64,000 nucleotides of DNA from Octopus sinensis (GCF_006345805.1 NC_042998.1:23374001-23438000), one strand, 5' to 3'. Counted from the stretch's first letter, positions 13,473-26,270 are shown. Numbers and translations are program-made. Notes: generated from the sequence alone by a model not told the origin.

Positions 13473-15586
13473 CATTCATCACATGTCCACATCAGTGCAG
13501 TCTTCCTTCTTGCACACACCTTATAGCTAGTTTTTCTCTTACAAAATATCTGCTCAGTCATTCACTTACACTAACATTGCACATCCAAAAGAACAGGATC
13601 TCTTCCTTTCTTTCTGACCATGGCAACCTTCTCTGCATACAGTGCCCCCGGTTTTGAACCTATGTACTGAACACTTCATATGCAAGCCCCTTACAGTTTA
13701 CCCTGCACCCATAAAAAGAATTACCTTGCTTCCAGCAGAAATAATAGACCACTAAACATTTTCTATTGTATTCTAACAGTAGCTATACTTTCAGAATAAC
13801 CACCCCAGCAGATAATTATGATCAACTAGGTAAAAGAAGCTACAAAGTATTTCTAGGGACAATTGACAAAAAGCACTTCATGTTTCCTCTCACACTTACT
13901 ACTCAAGTGTAACTGCTACTTACAAAGACCGTCTCGGTCAGCCTGCTCCTGATTTCACTGCAATTTTTGTGCCTTGATAGTTTATACATTTGGTACACAG
14001 TACAAAAGTCTTACCAACTTATTTTCTTTATATTGAGTATGGTTGCTTTCCAAATGGCAGTAGACACTTGTCTTCACTCCTGCTAACTAAAACATTTCTT
14101 TGCTAGGTTCACTTTCGGAGCTCTTAATTCTAGGCCTTACTTCCAGGTTTGGAATATGTCCCTTCATTCATAAACAGACTCAGCTACAACAACCAAGTCA
14201 TTAGCCAATAGGGGTACCCAAGAACAGTTAGTCTTCTCTGTTGTAACCTAGATATTTATGATAAAAAAGAGGAAGCTGAGAATGAAGCCCTGATGAACAC
14301 CTACCAGTACATGAAATTACTTTCTAAATTCAGTGACAATTCTCATACTGTTCTCTATAATTTGGATTTCAACTCCAAAGATCTTCCCAGTGATATTTAA
14401 TTATGTGTGCACATGGAATATATAATTAAAATATCTAAATGATTAAATAATCAAAAGATCTGAAAAATGAAACAAATACTTATAAAGCATTTCCTTCACA
14501 AACATTAACAATTTCTCTAGTGAAATATAGATTTCATACACTGTTTATTAATATCAAACCAATTAAACAGAAATTCTGACTGCACAACATTTTCGTGTGT
14601 CTAATATAGTGTGTCACTTTCATTGGACATTTACTTAAACTTTCAACAAAAGCATTCGTTAAACGTTCGTTTTAGCTTTATCATTATGTCTAGTCTTGTA
14701 ATCTATGTCGTGTCAAACCTCTCAGACTTTGCACTTCCTCCCTAGAATGTTGGTCATTGAGAATTCCTCCTACTGCTCATGCCTTTGCTGCAGGTGTCGA
14801 CTTGCAACAAAACAATCAATTAGATATTGATTGTATCAACCTTACTGGTTTGGGGAGCTTGTAAAGGCCAAGGGCACTGCCCCTTCCTCCAGACTTAGCA
14901 AGTAAAGAAAAAAAATATTGTAATAGTAATAAGATTTACAGGCACATGGTATGGTCTTCCTGCACAGGTTTGAATAAATTAGCAACATTATTCTATATTA
15001 CAATAGTCTGAAAGGCAAATTATTCTTTTTGGCCAAGATATATCCGATTCACAGGGACTTGTAAAGGAACAGGAAATAGAGCAGTAAAGAGCTTAGCGAA
15101 CAATGTTAACATTACACTGGCCATCTGTAAATAGAACTATTCATTTAGAAGGATGTTTTATTTTCCTATTCGTTTCAAAGCTACCACATTTCATAAGTCA
15201 AAACTTGATGATGTTGAATCTACTTCCTTTGACTGCAAGTTGACACCAGGAAATCACCAATACATGATACATAATTTTCATCCTTTTTCAGAGGCTGTGA
15301 ATCAGGGGTCTTATTAAAAGAACAAACATATTTTTTTTTTATGAGACAACTTTTTTTTACTTCTAATCATTAATATATAATCATAAAGGGTGCATTTATT
15401 TTGCTTTACTCTATGTTTGCCATAGTACTATTAATCTGTGTTATTAGTAGAAACATAAATTAGTGGAGGTTGTCCTACTAATTCTATATTTCAGGTCCAG
15501 CTATATGATTGGTTAGGGAACTTAAAAATAAACATGTTTAATTCTTCTTTTGACACTGACTTTTTGTCACATTTCAAATTCTTTAA

Positions 15587-15806
15587 TCCTTTAGTATTCA
15601 GATTACTCTGTTAAATGTAATATTTTTTTACTCAAATTGTTGTGGATTAATCAAGCATTATCTTATAGCTTTGAGGTTTCAATGATGTGATTGTTTATTT
15701 TTAGAATGTCAACGTAGGTTAGGTGTGAGAGGCAAGATATCGCCAGTTTGAATATAAAACATATAGAATATTTGGGCCGGATATGGCCAGTTTAAACACT
15801 AAAGGG
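15587..15806. mobile_element. piggyBac-type MITE
   Basis: TTAA|tcctttagta ... cactaaaggg|TTAA. Confidence 0.65.
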
Positions 15807-15935
15807 TTAAGTCAGGCAATTAACCCTTTTGGCACCAACTATCTGAAACTGCTTTTAGTACTACACTACAAACTTCCTGTTTTAGATAAATCTAAATCAA
15901 AACCTCCCATCAAAATTTTATGTTGATTTGTATTT

Positions 15936-16207
15936 CTTGTTTGTTGTTAACACAATGTTTGGGCTGATATACCTTCCAGCCTTCATCAGGTGTCTTGGGG
16001 AACTTTCAAACCCTGGTTCTCATTCCTAAGGTATTTTTTTTTATGTTATGATTATTATTCAGGTCACTGTCTGGAATCGAACTTGGAATCTTGGGGTTAG
16101 TAGCCCGCGCTCTTAACCACTATGCCATATCCCCACAGGCATATGGCATAGTGGTTAAGAGTGCGGGCTACTAACCCCAAGATTCTGAGTTCGATTCCAG
16201 ACAGTGA

Positions 16208-16245
<38 letters not shown>

Positions 16246-16345
16246 TTGAAAAAAATACCTTAGGAATGAGAACCCAGGTTCGAAATTTCCCCAAGACACC
16301 TGATGAAGGCTGGAGGGAATATCATCTGAATCATGTTAACAACAA
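15936..16345. mobile_element. Head-to-head palindrome of a tRNA-headed element carrying a minimal hammerhead-like motif in each arm
   Basis: ~200-bp inverted arms around a 10-nt spacer (16131-16140). A-box at 16144-16154 and B-box at 16189-16198. Hammerhead-like motifs at 15949-15994 (-) and 16295-16337 (+). Confidence 0.8.
15949..15994 (-). ncRNA. Degenerate minimal type-I hammerhead ribozyme motif
   Basis: GACAC-CTGATGA-aGGCTG(gaaggtatat)CAGCC-cAA-ACaT-T-GTGTT. Helix I, helix II and CUGAUGA are intact. G12 and one helix III base are substituted relative to GAA-ACGT. Confidence 0.65.
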
Positions 16346-16646
16346 ACAAGATGAGGACAAATATCTGTCAAATGTAAATAATGTAATATATAAATATATA
16401 CTCCCATTAATACTAAATACATTTGGCTGTTAACGATAATACCAATGAAAAGATAATTCAAGATGCCTGATTTGAAACAGAATATTTGTCAGAAAGAAGT
16501 AAATTGATCTTGAAGAATGAGTTAATTGAATGTAGGAAGATAATGACTTTTGTACAAATCTTTAATAGTGGTTCTTTCAATCTTTCATTCTAAGACATTA
16601 TATAATCTCAATCTTAACCACAAAATGGACAGCAAATGACAGCTAT

Positions 16647-16689
<43 letters not shown>

Positions 16690-16916
16690 GATGAGCTGGC
16701 AGAATCGTTAGCACATTGGTCGAAATGCTTGTCTGCTGCTATGTTCTGAGTTCAAATTCTGCTGCTATGCTCTGAGTTCAAATTCCACCAAGGTCGACTT
16801 TGCTTTCATCATTTCAGGGTTGATAAATTAAGTACCAGTGAAACACTGGGGTCGATGTAATCGACTAGTCCCCTCCCCCTAAATTTCATGCCTTGCACCT
16901 TTAGTAGAAAGGATTA

Positions 16917-16954
<38 letters not shown>

Positions 16955-17365
16955 GGCAGCAAGCTGGTAGAATCATTAGCATGCTGGGTGAATTCCATCA
17001 AGGTTTACATTGCTTTTCATCCTTTCGGGGTTGATAAAATAAGTACCAGTTGAGCACTGGGGTTGATGTAATCGACTCATCCCCTCCCCACAAACTGTTG
17101 CCTTTGTGGGAAAATTTGAAACTATTATTATTATTATTGTTCTTGTTATGGAGCTGGTGGGATCATTTGTATGTCAGGCAATACACCTGGCAGCATTTCA
17201 TCTTTACATTCTGAGTTCAAATTCTGCTGAGGTTGACTTTGCCTTTCATACTTTCAAAATCGATAAAATAAGTACCAGTCAAGCACTGGGGTCAATGTAA
17301 TCAATTAGCCCTCTCTCTCCAAATTTCAAGCCTTGTGCCTTTAGTAGAAAGGATTATTATTATTA
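16690..17365 (+). mobile_element. Three consecutive family C SINE monomers separated by (ATT)n
   Basis: Heads at ~16690, ~16955 and ~17150, each followed by the family C body and tail. Confidence 0.8.
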
Positions 17366-17371
17366 TCATTG

Positions 17372-17408
<37 letters not shown>

Positions 17409-17424
17409 CGGAATTGAAATCAAA

Positions 17425-17880
17425 TTCGATTGCTGGCATCGTGCTAGTGGAGCGCTAAGAGTACCATACAAGTGAGATCGTTGCCAGAGCAACAAGCTGG
17501 CCTCCGTGCCGATGGCACGTTAAACACACCATTCAAGCGTGATTGTTATCTGCGTCGCCTTATTAGCACCTGTGCTGGTGGCATATATAAGAAACATTCG
17601 TGTGAGGTCGTTGCCAGTGCCGCTGGACTGGCTCCTATGCAGGTGGCACGTAAAAAGCACCATTTGGGTGTGGCTGTTGCCAGTACCGCCTGACTGGCCC
17701 TCTTGCCGGTGGCACGTAAAAGCACCCACTACACTCACGGAGTGGTTGGTGTTAGGAAGGGCATCCATTTGTAGAAACATTGCCAGATCTGATTGGAGTA
17801 TAGTGCAGCCATCTGGTTCGCCAGACCTCAGTCAAATTGTCCAACCCATGCTAGCATGGAAAGCGGACGTTAAACGATAA
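17425..17880 (+). mobile_element. Repeat family D, longest copy
   Basis: Four ~70-bp subrepeats plus tail ending gcggacgttaaacgat. Confidence 0.85.
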
Positions 17881-18765
17881 TTATTATTATTATTATTATT
17901 GATCACATTTGGTGAAAAACAAAAGTCATTGTTTAGCTGATGTTTGGAATATAAATTTATATATTTTGATGGAAGGTTTTAATTAAAATCACTTTAAAAC
18001 AAAATGTTTCTATCATAAAACTGGAGGTGTTTTCAGATGGGTGAGTACCAAAAAGGTTAAGAAATTTTGGTCTGGCAATGAATTTGCTTTATTAAAAAAA
18101 AAAAAAAAAAAAAAGAAAACCACAGAAAATGCTTTCTTTCTTAAAACTTTATACATGTACACAGATGTACTCAGCCATTTTTTACAACAACGCATATATG
18201 TTTTGATAGGCCGTTAAAATAATGACATGTTCAGTATGATTTGTGTGACAATCACAAGCAAAAATATTTATTATATAACTCCTAAAGAAATGATTTGTTT
18301 AACTTTCAGAATTTAAGAGTTATTTATCCTTAGACGAGTTCTGATTGAGCAGATTTATGATGAAAGACAGTCCAGTCATGACCAATCTATATTATTTTTC
18401 ATATATTGTAACTGAGACTACATTATCTGATGAGTTCCGTCAGATGATGTCAGTGGTCATCTTCGAACCAAAGGACGAACATTATTATTACCTGATGAGT
18501 TCTTCATTATTTAAAGTTGTACAAGATAATGGAGATTTAGCTGCTATTTCTAGTGGCTCAAATGATACTTAGATATTTCATTTGTAACCCTTAGAATAAA
18601 ATTATAACATAAATACTGGATTTATAATCATAATCGAAATTTAGGACAGTTAAAAGATGTTTGTGACATATTTTAACTTCTAAAGGCAAATTCACTGCAG
18701 TCACCATGGAGGAAATTCTCTCTTATGAGGAAAAAAGTCTCCTACAACTTAATATAATATAATAT

Positions 18766-18931
18766 AGGCATAGGAGTGGCTGTGTGGTAAGTAGCTTGCT
18801 TACGAACCACAAGGTTCCGGGTTCAGTCCCACTGCGTGTCTTCTACTATAGCCTTGTCTTCTACTATAGCCTTGAGCTGAACAAAGCCTTGTGAGTGGAT
18901 TTGGTAGACAGAAACTGAAAGAAGCCCGTAG

Positions 18932-18962
<31 letters not shown>

Positions 18963-19171
18963 ATATGTTTGTGTGTCTGTGTTTGTCCCCCCAACATCGC
19001 TTGACAACCGAAGCTGGTGTGTTTACGTCCCTGTAACTTAGCGGTTCGGTAAAAGAGACCGATAGAATAAGTACTAGGCTTACAAAGAATAAGTCCTGGG
19101 GTCAATTTGCTCGACTAAAGGCGGTGCTCCAGCATGGCCACAGTCAAATGACTGAAACAAGTAAAAGAGTA
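18766..19171 (+). mobile_element. SINE family B with an internal small deletion and duplication
   Basis: gtcttctactatagcctt is duplicated in tandem at ~18838-18873. Confidence 0.85.
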
Positions 19172-19174
19172 TGA

Positions 19175-19350
19175 TAAAGCTAGACATAAAAAGATTTGCA
19201 TAAAAGGCTTGTAACGATAAAAGAGATCAGAGAGTTTGGCTGAACCTTACAAAAGAGATGCTAGAGGGCCAAAACAACTGGGGGTGATAGTGCTGGAGAA
19301 GACCCTTCCAATCCATGCAAGCATGGAGAACAGATGTAATATGATGATGC
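19175..19350 (+). mobile_element. Decayed 3' end of an RTE-like LINE
   Basis: Translates to ...DQRVWLNLTKEMLEGQNNW..CWRRP, resembling RTE ORF2 C-termini, followed by the ccatgcaagcatgga...gatgatg tail shared with family D. Confidence 0.5.
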
Positions 19351-20369
19351 AAGAGGTCCATGTAAGCAAAATAGTAAACTGGGGCTTCACAGTAGTATTT
19401 TAAGGGACCATGAAAAAAATTTTGTTTCAGACATATTTATTGTAAGAAACTGTGAGGTTTCTTTGTCTCACATTTTACATAGTTTAACATGCTTCTGGCC
19501 ACAGAAACAGGTTCTTTCAAAGAGTTCTATCACAAACCTATATGAGTGAATGGGTGAAAAACTAAATAGGAATTTTAAAAGAAATTTTTATCAAACCAGT
19601 TTTTAAACATGGAATGGCTATGGGGGTTCACCAGAATAAAATAGTAATCAAACGGGGCCCATAGATAAAAAAAAAAAAAAAAAAATACTTGCAAATCAAC
19701 TGATAAATAAATACAATAAAGTTATGAAAGAAATATGATCTGGACGATATCTTATATATTTTGGGGCATGATGTAGTGAAAAATGTGATGTTTACAAGTA
19801 AAAGCATGTAGAAATGTTTTGAGTCTTACCATGTCATAACAAGTTAAACATTATTTGGTAAACGGTTTTAAATTCTTTAAATATGTATACTTAGCAAAAC
19901 ATTTATATTTTGTGGTAAATTTTCTCTTCTTAACAGCTTTTGGTACCAAACCTGTCCAAGATTGTCCCTAATTTTATGATACAAACTTCCTGTTTTAAAG
20001 TGTTCTAAATTAAAATCTTCCATTAAAATTTTAGGTTAATTTATGTTACAAATACCAGATTAGTAAGGGTTTTAAATTTTGGCACATGGCCAGCAATTTT
20101 GAGGGGAGGGGGACATTATATCATTCCGAGTACTTTAGAGGCACTTTTTTTCCATTGACCCCAAAAGGATAAAAGGCTTTGGTAGAATTTGGACATAAAG
20201 CCAGCAGAAATGCTGGTAATCATTTTGTCCAGCATGCTTAATGATTATGACAAAGTTATTTAACTAAATTCCTCACTGTTGTCCAAATTAATTGAAACAA
20301 AGACAGTGCATTTCTATAGAAGTAGAGTAACAAAAACGGTTAAAGAGGTTTCTTAATAAATCCTTTCAT

Positions 20370-20750
20370 GGAGGCGCAATGGCCCAGTCGTTAGGGCAGT
20401 GGACTGGCGGTTATAGGATTGCAGTTTCGATTCCCAGACCGGGTGTTCTGAGTGTTTAGTGAGCAAAAACACCTAAAGCTCCATGAGGCTCCGGCAGGGG
20501 ATGGTGGTGAACCCTGCTGTACTCTTTCACCACAACTTTCTCTCACTCTTATTTCCTGTTTCTGTTGTGTCTGTAATTCAAAGGGCCAGCCTTGTCACAC
20601 TCTGTGTCACGCTGAATATTCCCCTAGAACTACGTTAAGAGTACACGTGTCTGTGGAGTGTTCAGCCACTTGCACGATAATTTCACAAGCAGGCTGTTCC
20701 TTTGATCAGATCAACTGGAACCCTCGTCATCGTAAGCGACGGAGTGCAAA
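20370..20750 (+). mobile_element. SINE family A (ggaggcgcaatggcccagt head)
   Basis: Full family A sequence; imperfect TSD (t)aatccttt. Confidence 0.85.
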
Positions 20751-21097
20751 CAATAATCCTTTAGTACACGGCACATAGCATTGTTTTCATTTCCAATCCA
20801 TACTATACTGCAAATTGGACCCTTTTTGGATAGTTCCAATAGCATATTACATTTTGTCTGAGAACAGGTAACTAGCCCTTTGTTCAATTCTTCTCAAGTT
20901 ATATGAGAATATGAGATGTTGTGAGTGATATCCAACAACACCTTTTTGGCTGCTATTTCTAACAAGTTGAGTTACCACACAGAAGAGCAATTCCTAGGCT
21001 GCTGGACCACCAAAAACAAACTTCTTAATGTATGTAATTTTGTGTCTTTCTATTCTGAGGTACAATGATAAGGTCAATTTTATTTTATATTTCTCCA

Positions 21098-21495
21098 CAG
21101 GAGTGGCTGTGTGATAAGTAACTTGCTTACCAACCACATGGTTCTAGGTTCAGTCCCACTGCATGGCACCTTGGGCAAGTGTCTACTTCTGTAGCCTTGG
21201 CTGACCAAAGCCTTGTGAGTGGATTTGATAGAGGGAAACTGAAAGAAGCCCATCGTATATATGTATATGTATATATATATGTGTGTGTGTGTGTGTATGT
21301 GTGTGTTTGTCCCCCCAACATCGCTTGACTACCGATGCTGGTGTGTTTATATCCCCGTAACTTAGTGGTTCGGCAAAAAATGACCGATAGAATAAGTACT
21401 AGGCTTACAAAGAAGAAGTCCTGGGGTCGATTTACTTGACTAAAAGTGATGCTCCAGCATGACCACAGTCAAATGACTGAAACAAGTAAAAGAGA
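21098..21495 (+). mobile_element. SINE family B
   Basis: Matches family B throughout. Confidence 0.85.
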
Positions 21496-21614
21496 GAGAA
21501 AAGAGAGAAAGAGAGAGAAAGAGAGCTAAAGTACCTGGCATATAATGGGGTCTATTAATGAAACTATATTTTTCTCGCTTGTACTCTAAAGACTTGCATT
21601 AATATAAAAAAAAA

Positions 21615-21810
21615 GGTGGTGAACTGAAAGAGCTCTTAGCATGCTGGGGAAAATGTTTAGCAGTATTTCATCCATTTTTACATTTTGAGTTCAAATTCCT
21701 CTGAGATCAATTTTCCTTTTCATCCTTTTGGGTGTTGAGCTCTGGGGGTCAATGTAATAGACTTAGCCTCTTTCCCTGAAATTGTTGGTGTTGTGCTAAA
21801 ATTTGAAACC
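21615..21810 (+). mobile_element. Degenerate family C SINE
   Basis: gagttcaaattcc...tttcatcc...ggggtcaatgtaat. Confidence 0.6.
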
Positions 21811-21923
21811 AATATTTTAAAAAATGGCCAATGTTGCAATTAGCTATTCTCCAAAAACCAGGACAATATGTTGGCATAATTTTATTTATGCAGTCGTGGC
21901 AAATACAAGTGTCATGCAAATTG

Positions 21924-22165
21924 GTACCTGTGCCCGTGGCCCGTAAATGCACCCCAGTGTCACACAAATGGCACCCATATCGGGTGGCATGTAAAAGCAC
22001 CCATTATACTTTCTGAGTGGTTGGCATTAGGAAGGGCATCCAGCTGTTGAAAACCATGCCAAATCAGACTGGAGTCTGGTGCAGCTTTCCAGCGTGCCAG
22101 CCCAGTCATACTGTCCAACCCATGCCAGCATGGACAACTGACGTTAAATGATGATGGTGATGATT
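21924..22165 (+). mobile_element. Family D 3' part
   Basis: gtggcatgtaaaagcaccc...ggaagggcatccagc...gacgttaaatgatgat. Confidence 0.8.
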
Positions 22166-22904
22166 TCTAGCATGTCAAGTAATCCCATGAGAGACTCTCT
22201 TGATAGGTGGTTTCATTCAGCTATTAACAATCAGTAGGGTTGAAAGTGAAATATCTCAAGTCAATAACTGGGTTTCAAGTATTACCTATGGCCGTAAAGA
22301 TTAAAATATTCTTAGATGCTGACGTAACAATCTAATACTTTCACCTAATCAAGACATTATCACATCAGAGTAGCGAGTGAATGGTGTGGTACACGTGTGC
22401 TAGTGTGGAGTGCTGTAAATGTGTCAATCGCCAAAATAATATAACCTATTTAAACCACCACCACCATTCTTCTTCTTCTTCTGATTATTATTATCATCAT
22501 AGGCATAATCTGTGTGCGATAATTGATGAGATAAAGCTTACTGCTATAGTAAGTAATTGCAGTTACTCAATGAACAATAAAATAACCCCCTCCACCAGAA
22601 AAACACAGTAAAAAAGAAATAATTGTAGAGAATAAGTGTAGCTGATTGATTGATTCATCACCAGTACTTGACGAGCACTTCATTTATCAACTTACAGATA
22701 AGGCAAGGTGAATTCATATGAGATTTGGACTCAGAATGAAAAGAACAGTCGAAATTAAATATCGCAAGGCATTTTTGGTAGATGCTCTACCAATTTCGTT
22801 GGTAGAACAAATTGCATTCACTGAATAATTATTACAATGATAAATTTTTATTTGCCATAAAGGCAACATAAACGCAAAGAAACAGTTTGTGGCATGTACA
22901 TATA

Positions 22905-23100
22905 CAGTCATTTTCGGCCATGCTGGAGCACGGCCTTTAGTCGCGCAAATCGACCCCAGGAGTTATTCTTTGTAAGCCTAGTACTTATTCTATCAGTCTC
23001 TTTTGCTGAACTGCTAAGTTATGGGACTAAACACACCAGCATTGGTTGTCAAGTGATATTGGGGGGACAAACACAGACACACAAACACAAGCACACACAT
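22905..23100 (-). mobile_element. Family B SINE 3' half
   Basis: Reverse complement of the family B tail region. Confidence 0.75.
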
Positions 23101-23299
23101 ATAAGGAAAATAAGTCAAGGTAGAAAATGCTGAAATAATATTATCGTAAAAAATATTTTAGTACCAGTTTCAGTCATTGAGACTTTTTCAACTGTAAGTA
23201 TGGAAAACAATTAAATTTTGGAAAAATTAAAAGAAAAGTTTAAAAAAAAAATATTTGCATAGTATTCAAATACAAGGGGCATTTTCCTTGTTTCTGCCT

Positions 23300-23522
23300 G
23301 TCGTATTAAAGCATGTAAAAAGCACCTGTGCTAATGCTATGTAAAACGCATCCCTGCCGGTTCCACAGGTGAGACATCCCTGCTGGTGCCACATGTAATG
23401 TGGTTGATGTTAGGAAGGGCATCTAGTTGAAACCCTGTGCAGCTCTCCGGCTGGCCAACGCCAGTCAAACTGTCCAACCCATGCCAGCATGGAAAATGGA
23501 CATTAAATGATGATGATGATGA
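23300..23522 (+). mobile_element. Degenerate family D
   Basis: ttaggaagggcatc...ccaacccatgccagcatggaaaa...gatgatgat. Confidence 0.7.
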
Positions 23523-23621
23523 ACCATGTTATAAAGACATAAGCTGTTTGCCATCAGTTTTGTACAAAATTACCAGGTTGTTTAATTTTGCATGAAAACA
23601 ACTGGAAATATTTATTTATAA

Positions 23622-24009
23622 CTAACAGTATCGCCCGGCGTTGCTCGGGTTTGTAAGGGAAATAACTATATAAGCATTTTTAGAGAGTTATAGCCAAAAA
23701 ATAGCAAAAAAATGGGAAAAAAATGATGGTAAATTTTTTTTTAAATCGTTGACTCATCGTAGACATTTTTAGAGAGTTACTTCCCGTATATAATAGCGAA
23801 AAAAATGCATTAAAATGGAAAAAAATGATGGTAAATTTCTTTTAAAATCGTAGACTCATCGTAGACGCGCGCTAATACCCAGAAGGACTCGATATGAATC
23901 ACGACTATAAGATACCCGGTTTTGGTTAAACTGCACCGCAAAATGTGGGAGTAGTTAGGAATCTAAATCGTAGGAGACAGACACACAACTTCTCTTTTAT
24001 ATATAAAGA
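23622..24009 (-). mobile_element. Non-autonomous Helitron, family H2
   Basis: A|TCTTTATATATA 5' end, 3' hairpin cccgagcaacgccggg and TTAG|T end. Shares only its termini with H1; has internal direct repeats. Confidence 0.75.
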
Positions 24010-25183
24010 TAATATTAATAAAATGAAATTATTGTGTATAGTGCTCAGATGCACTGCAACTCATCAAAGGTGTATGTACAGTACATAGAATTATGTACAA
24101 AAGTCAGGAAAGTGAACAGTGTAAGAGTCATGATGTACATGTGTGGATGCTAATGGAGGAGGTGGATATCAGGTGTAGTGTTGGTGAATGGAGGTTTTAA
24201 AGGATGCAATGTCTCGGCAACTCTTACATGTTTCTTAATTTATAATTTTCAATAATTTCTCTAAATATATGGCACTGAAAAAAATGTCGTCAGGCAGTTA
24301 AAACCCGTATAATCAGTTTATAAGTGATGACAGAAAAAAATCCGTTTTATGTTATCGTTATCGTTGATTTTCAGTTCGAATTAGATAAACAGTTTTCCAT
24401 GGCTACAAACTTTAAAAAAATGTGTGTATGTATGTGTGTGCGTGAGAGAGAGAGAGAGAGAGAAAGATGCTCATAGTGTTGTGCAATGAAGATAAAGTAA
24501 TGATTATTCAGTTCAAAAGTCAATGTGAAGAAAAAGTGTGTAACGGGAAATAAGAAAAAAATTAATAGTAAGTGGGATAGGAAAACCAAGAGCTTTTTAA
24601 GTTAAAGAGAGAAGAAAATTCTATAAAATAATGTAAAAGGGCGTGAGAGTGAATTTCAAATCTTGTAGTTTGTCACTAAGTATTTCCGAGTCACTAAAAA
24701 TGTATGGCGGTAGAAACATTTTAAATAACAGTGGTCAACGAAGTAAAAGAATTCACGCTATTTTGTAGACATCCGCCCGAATTAAGCAAAGTGTTCCGTT
24801 CTCGGGTCACCATCGCATTCGGAGGTGCCGACTCATTTTAAGGTCGTCAACATCTTAATATTTTGATAATAGCTTGTATAATTTGGATACGTTTCGGTCA
24901 AAGATTAACAGCACCATCTGATAGGACCGGATAAGTCATTTTTAAGTCAAGGTTTCTGGTAACATGGCCCATTCAAGTAGGAAGTTGTTGATTGAGATGT
25001 ATTCAGGTGTAATTGCAAAGAACATTTCTGAAAACGTATCTCAGCAAATTTTCATTTAAAAGTAAGCATTGTTAATGAAGATATGTTGATAAGCCCATTC
25101 AACATTTTTAAGAAACACGTGTAGTAAAAAAATATAAAGCGGTTATAATATTTTTCTAAATTCATTCATTCATTTCCTTTATT

Positions 25184-25500
25184 AAGGCGGCGAGCTGGCA
25201 GAATCGTTAGCACGGCGGGCGAGATGCTTAGCAACATTTCGTCCGTCTTTACGATCTGGGTTCAAATTCCGCCGAGGTCGTCTTTGCCTTTCATTCTTTC
25301 AGGATCGATAAGATAAGTACCAGCCGAGTACTGGGGTCGATGTAGTAGGCTATCCCCCTCCTCCAAATTTTAGGCCTTATGCTTATAGTACGTTCTGAGT
25401 TCAAATTCTGCTAAAGTCGACTTTGCCTTTCATCATTTTGGAGTCGATAAAATAAGTACCAATAACTTACCCTTTTCCCCAAACTTGCTGGCCTTGTCTG
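25184..25500 (+). mobile_element. Family C SINE plus a second partial unit
   Basis: Full head at 25184; body restarts at cgttctgagttc (~25391). Confidence 0.8.
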
Positions 25501-26006
25501 ATATCAAACTTTTCTATGGACATTTTGGGGGTATTTATAAGGCATAAATGTAACACTGTTTTTATAACGATTTGAGCCACAGTTTTAACAAAACCAAAGA
25601 ATTCATTTTCAGAAATTCTTTCATGCCACACTTTCTGGTAACGTGATGCGTAGAAGGGTTCCTTGTCAAAGTTCTGTCAATGCTTTTTAGAAATACATTT
25701 TGAAAAAGTGATATTAATAAATACGATTTTCAGTGGCTACGCTAAATTATTTTGAGAATGAGAAATAATAATATTGTGACATTCATGCTTTTCCGATTGG
25801 CTTAAGCAACAATTTCTACATGCAAGTGGAATTAACCTAATTCTGCGGAAATAGCTATCACAGTTCCTGAGATTTACGGCAGAAAAGTGCTGAAAAGTTG
25901 TGACGTTGAGGAGTACTTATGATTAAAACAATTAAGTCAGAATGAAACTTGTTTCATAAGTGGTTCTTGATTCTCAAGTTACACACACACACACGTTATA
26001 GATGTT

Positions 26007-26270
26007 AGATCTTTTCGGTTTGAACGGCAGTTTTTAAAAATAATTTCCACGTAACTAAACACTTTTAAACTTCGTATACTGGTAGAATGTGTTTATAAAA
26101 CACCTTTTTCTCTTGGCTTTATTGAGAAAATTCTATAGTTTGTAAGATATTTGTTGTTTTTTCCTTCAATTTCTGCAATTTCAACCAATCAATGACGTCT
26201 ATTGAGGTGAAAACATACTGTGCCGTATGAAAATGTCCCTCGTTTAAGAAACAGATTGGGTTTATTTACA
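26007..26270 (+). mobile_element. One-ended fragment of a GGATCTTTT-type (Merlin-like) non-autonomous DNA transposon
   Basis: agatcttttcggtttgaacggc terminus homologous to the 54899 element; no right TIR. Confidence 0.65.

Noticed and set aside
14255-14400. Protein-like stretch LDIYDKKEEAENEALMNTYQYMKLLSKF...
   Set aside because: No start, splice sites or recognisable family; cannot be supported without a database search.
14846-14893. 48-nt minus-strand segment with AG and GTAAGG boundaries
   Set aside because: No frame gives a recognisable peptide, and the AAG acceptor is weak.
16139-16210. tRNA gene (also the heads of families A, B and C)
   Set aside because: A and B boxes are present, but the acceptor and T stems do not pair properly, and the head continues into a repeat body.
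18421-18505. Possible hammerhead (CTGATGA-gttcc...ggac-GAAc) with a second CTGATGA
   Set aside because: GAAA is incomplete, there is no helix I or III pairing, and it has no palindromic partner; too weak.
24941-25027. Possible alternative terminal exon after the ZIP13 phase-1 donor (K-MFFAITPEYISINNFLLEWAMLPETLT*)
   Set aside because: There is no similarity to ZIP13 TM2, and such frames arise by chance.
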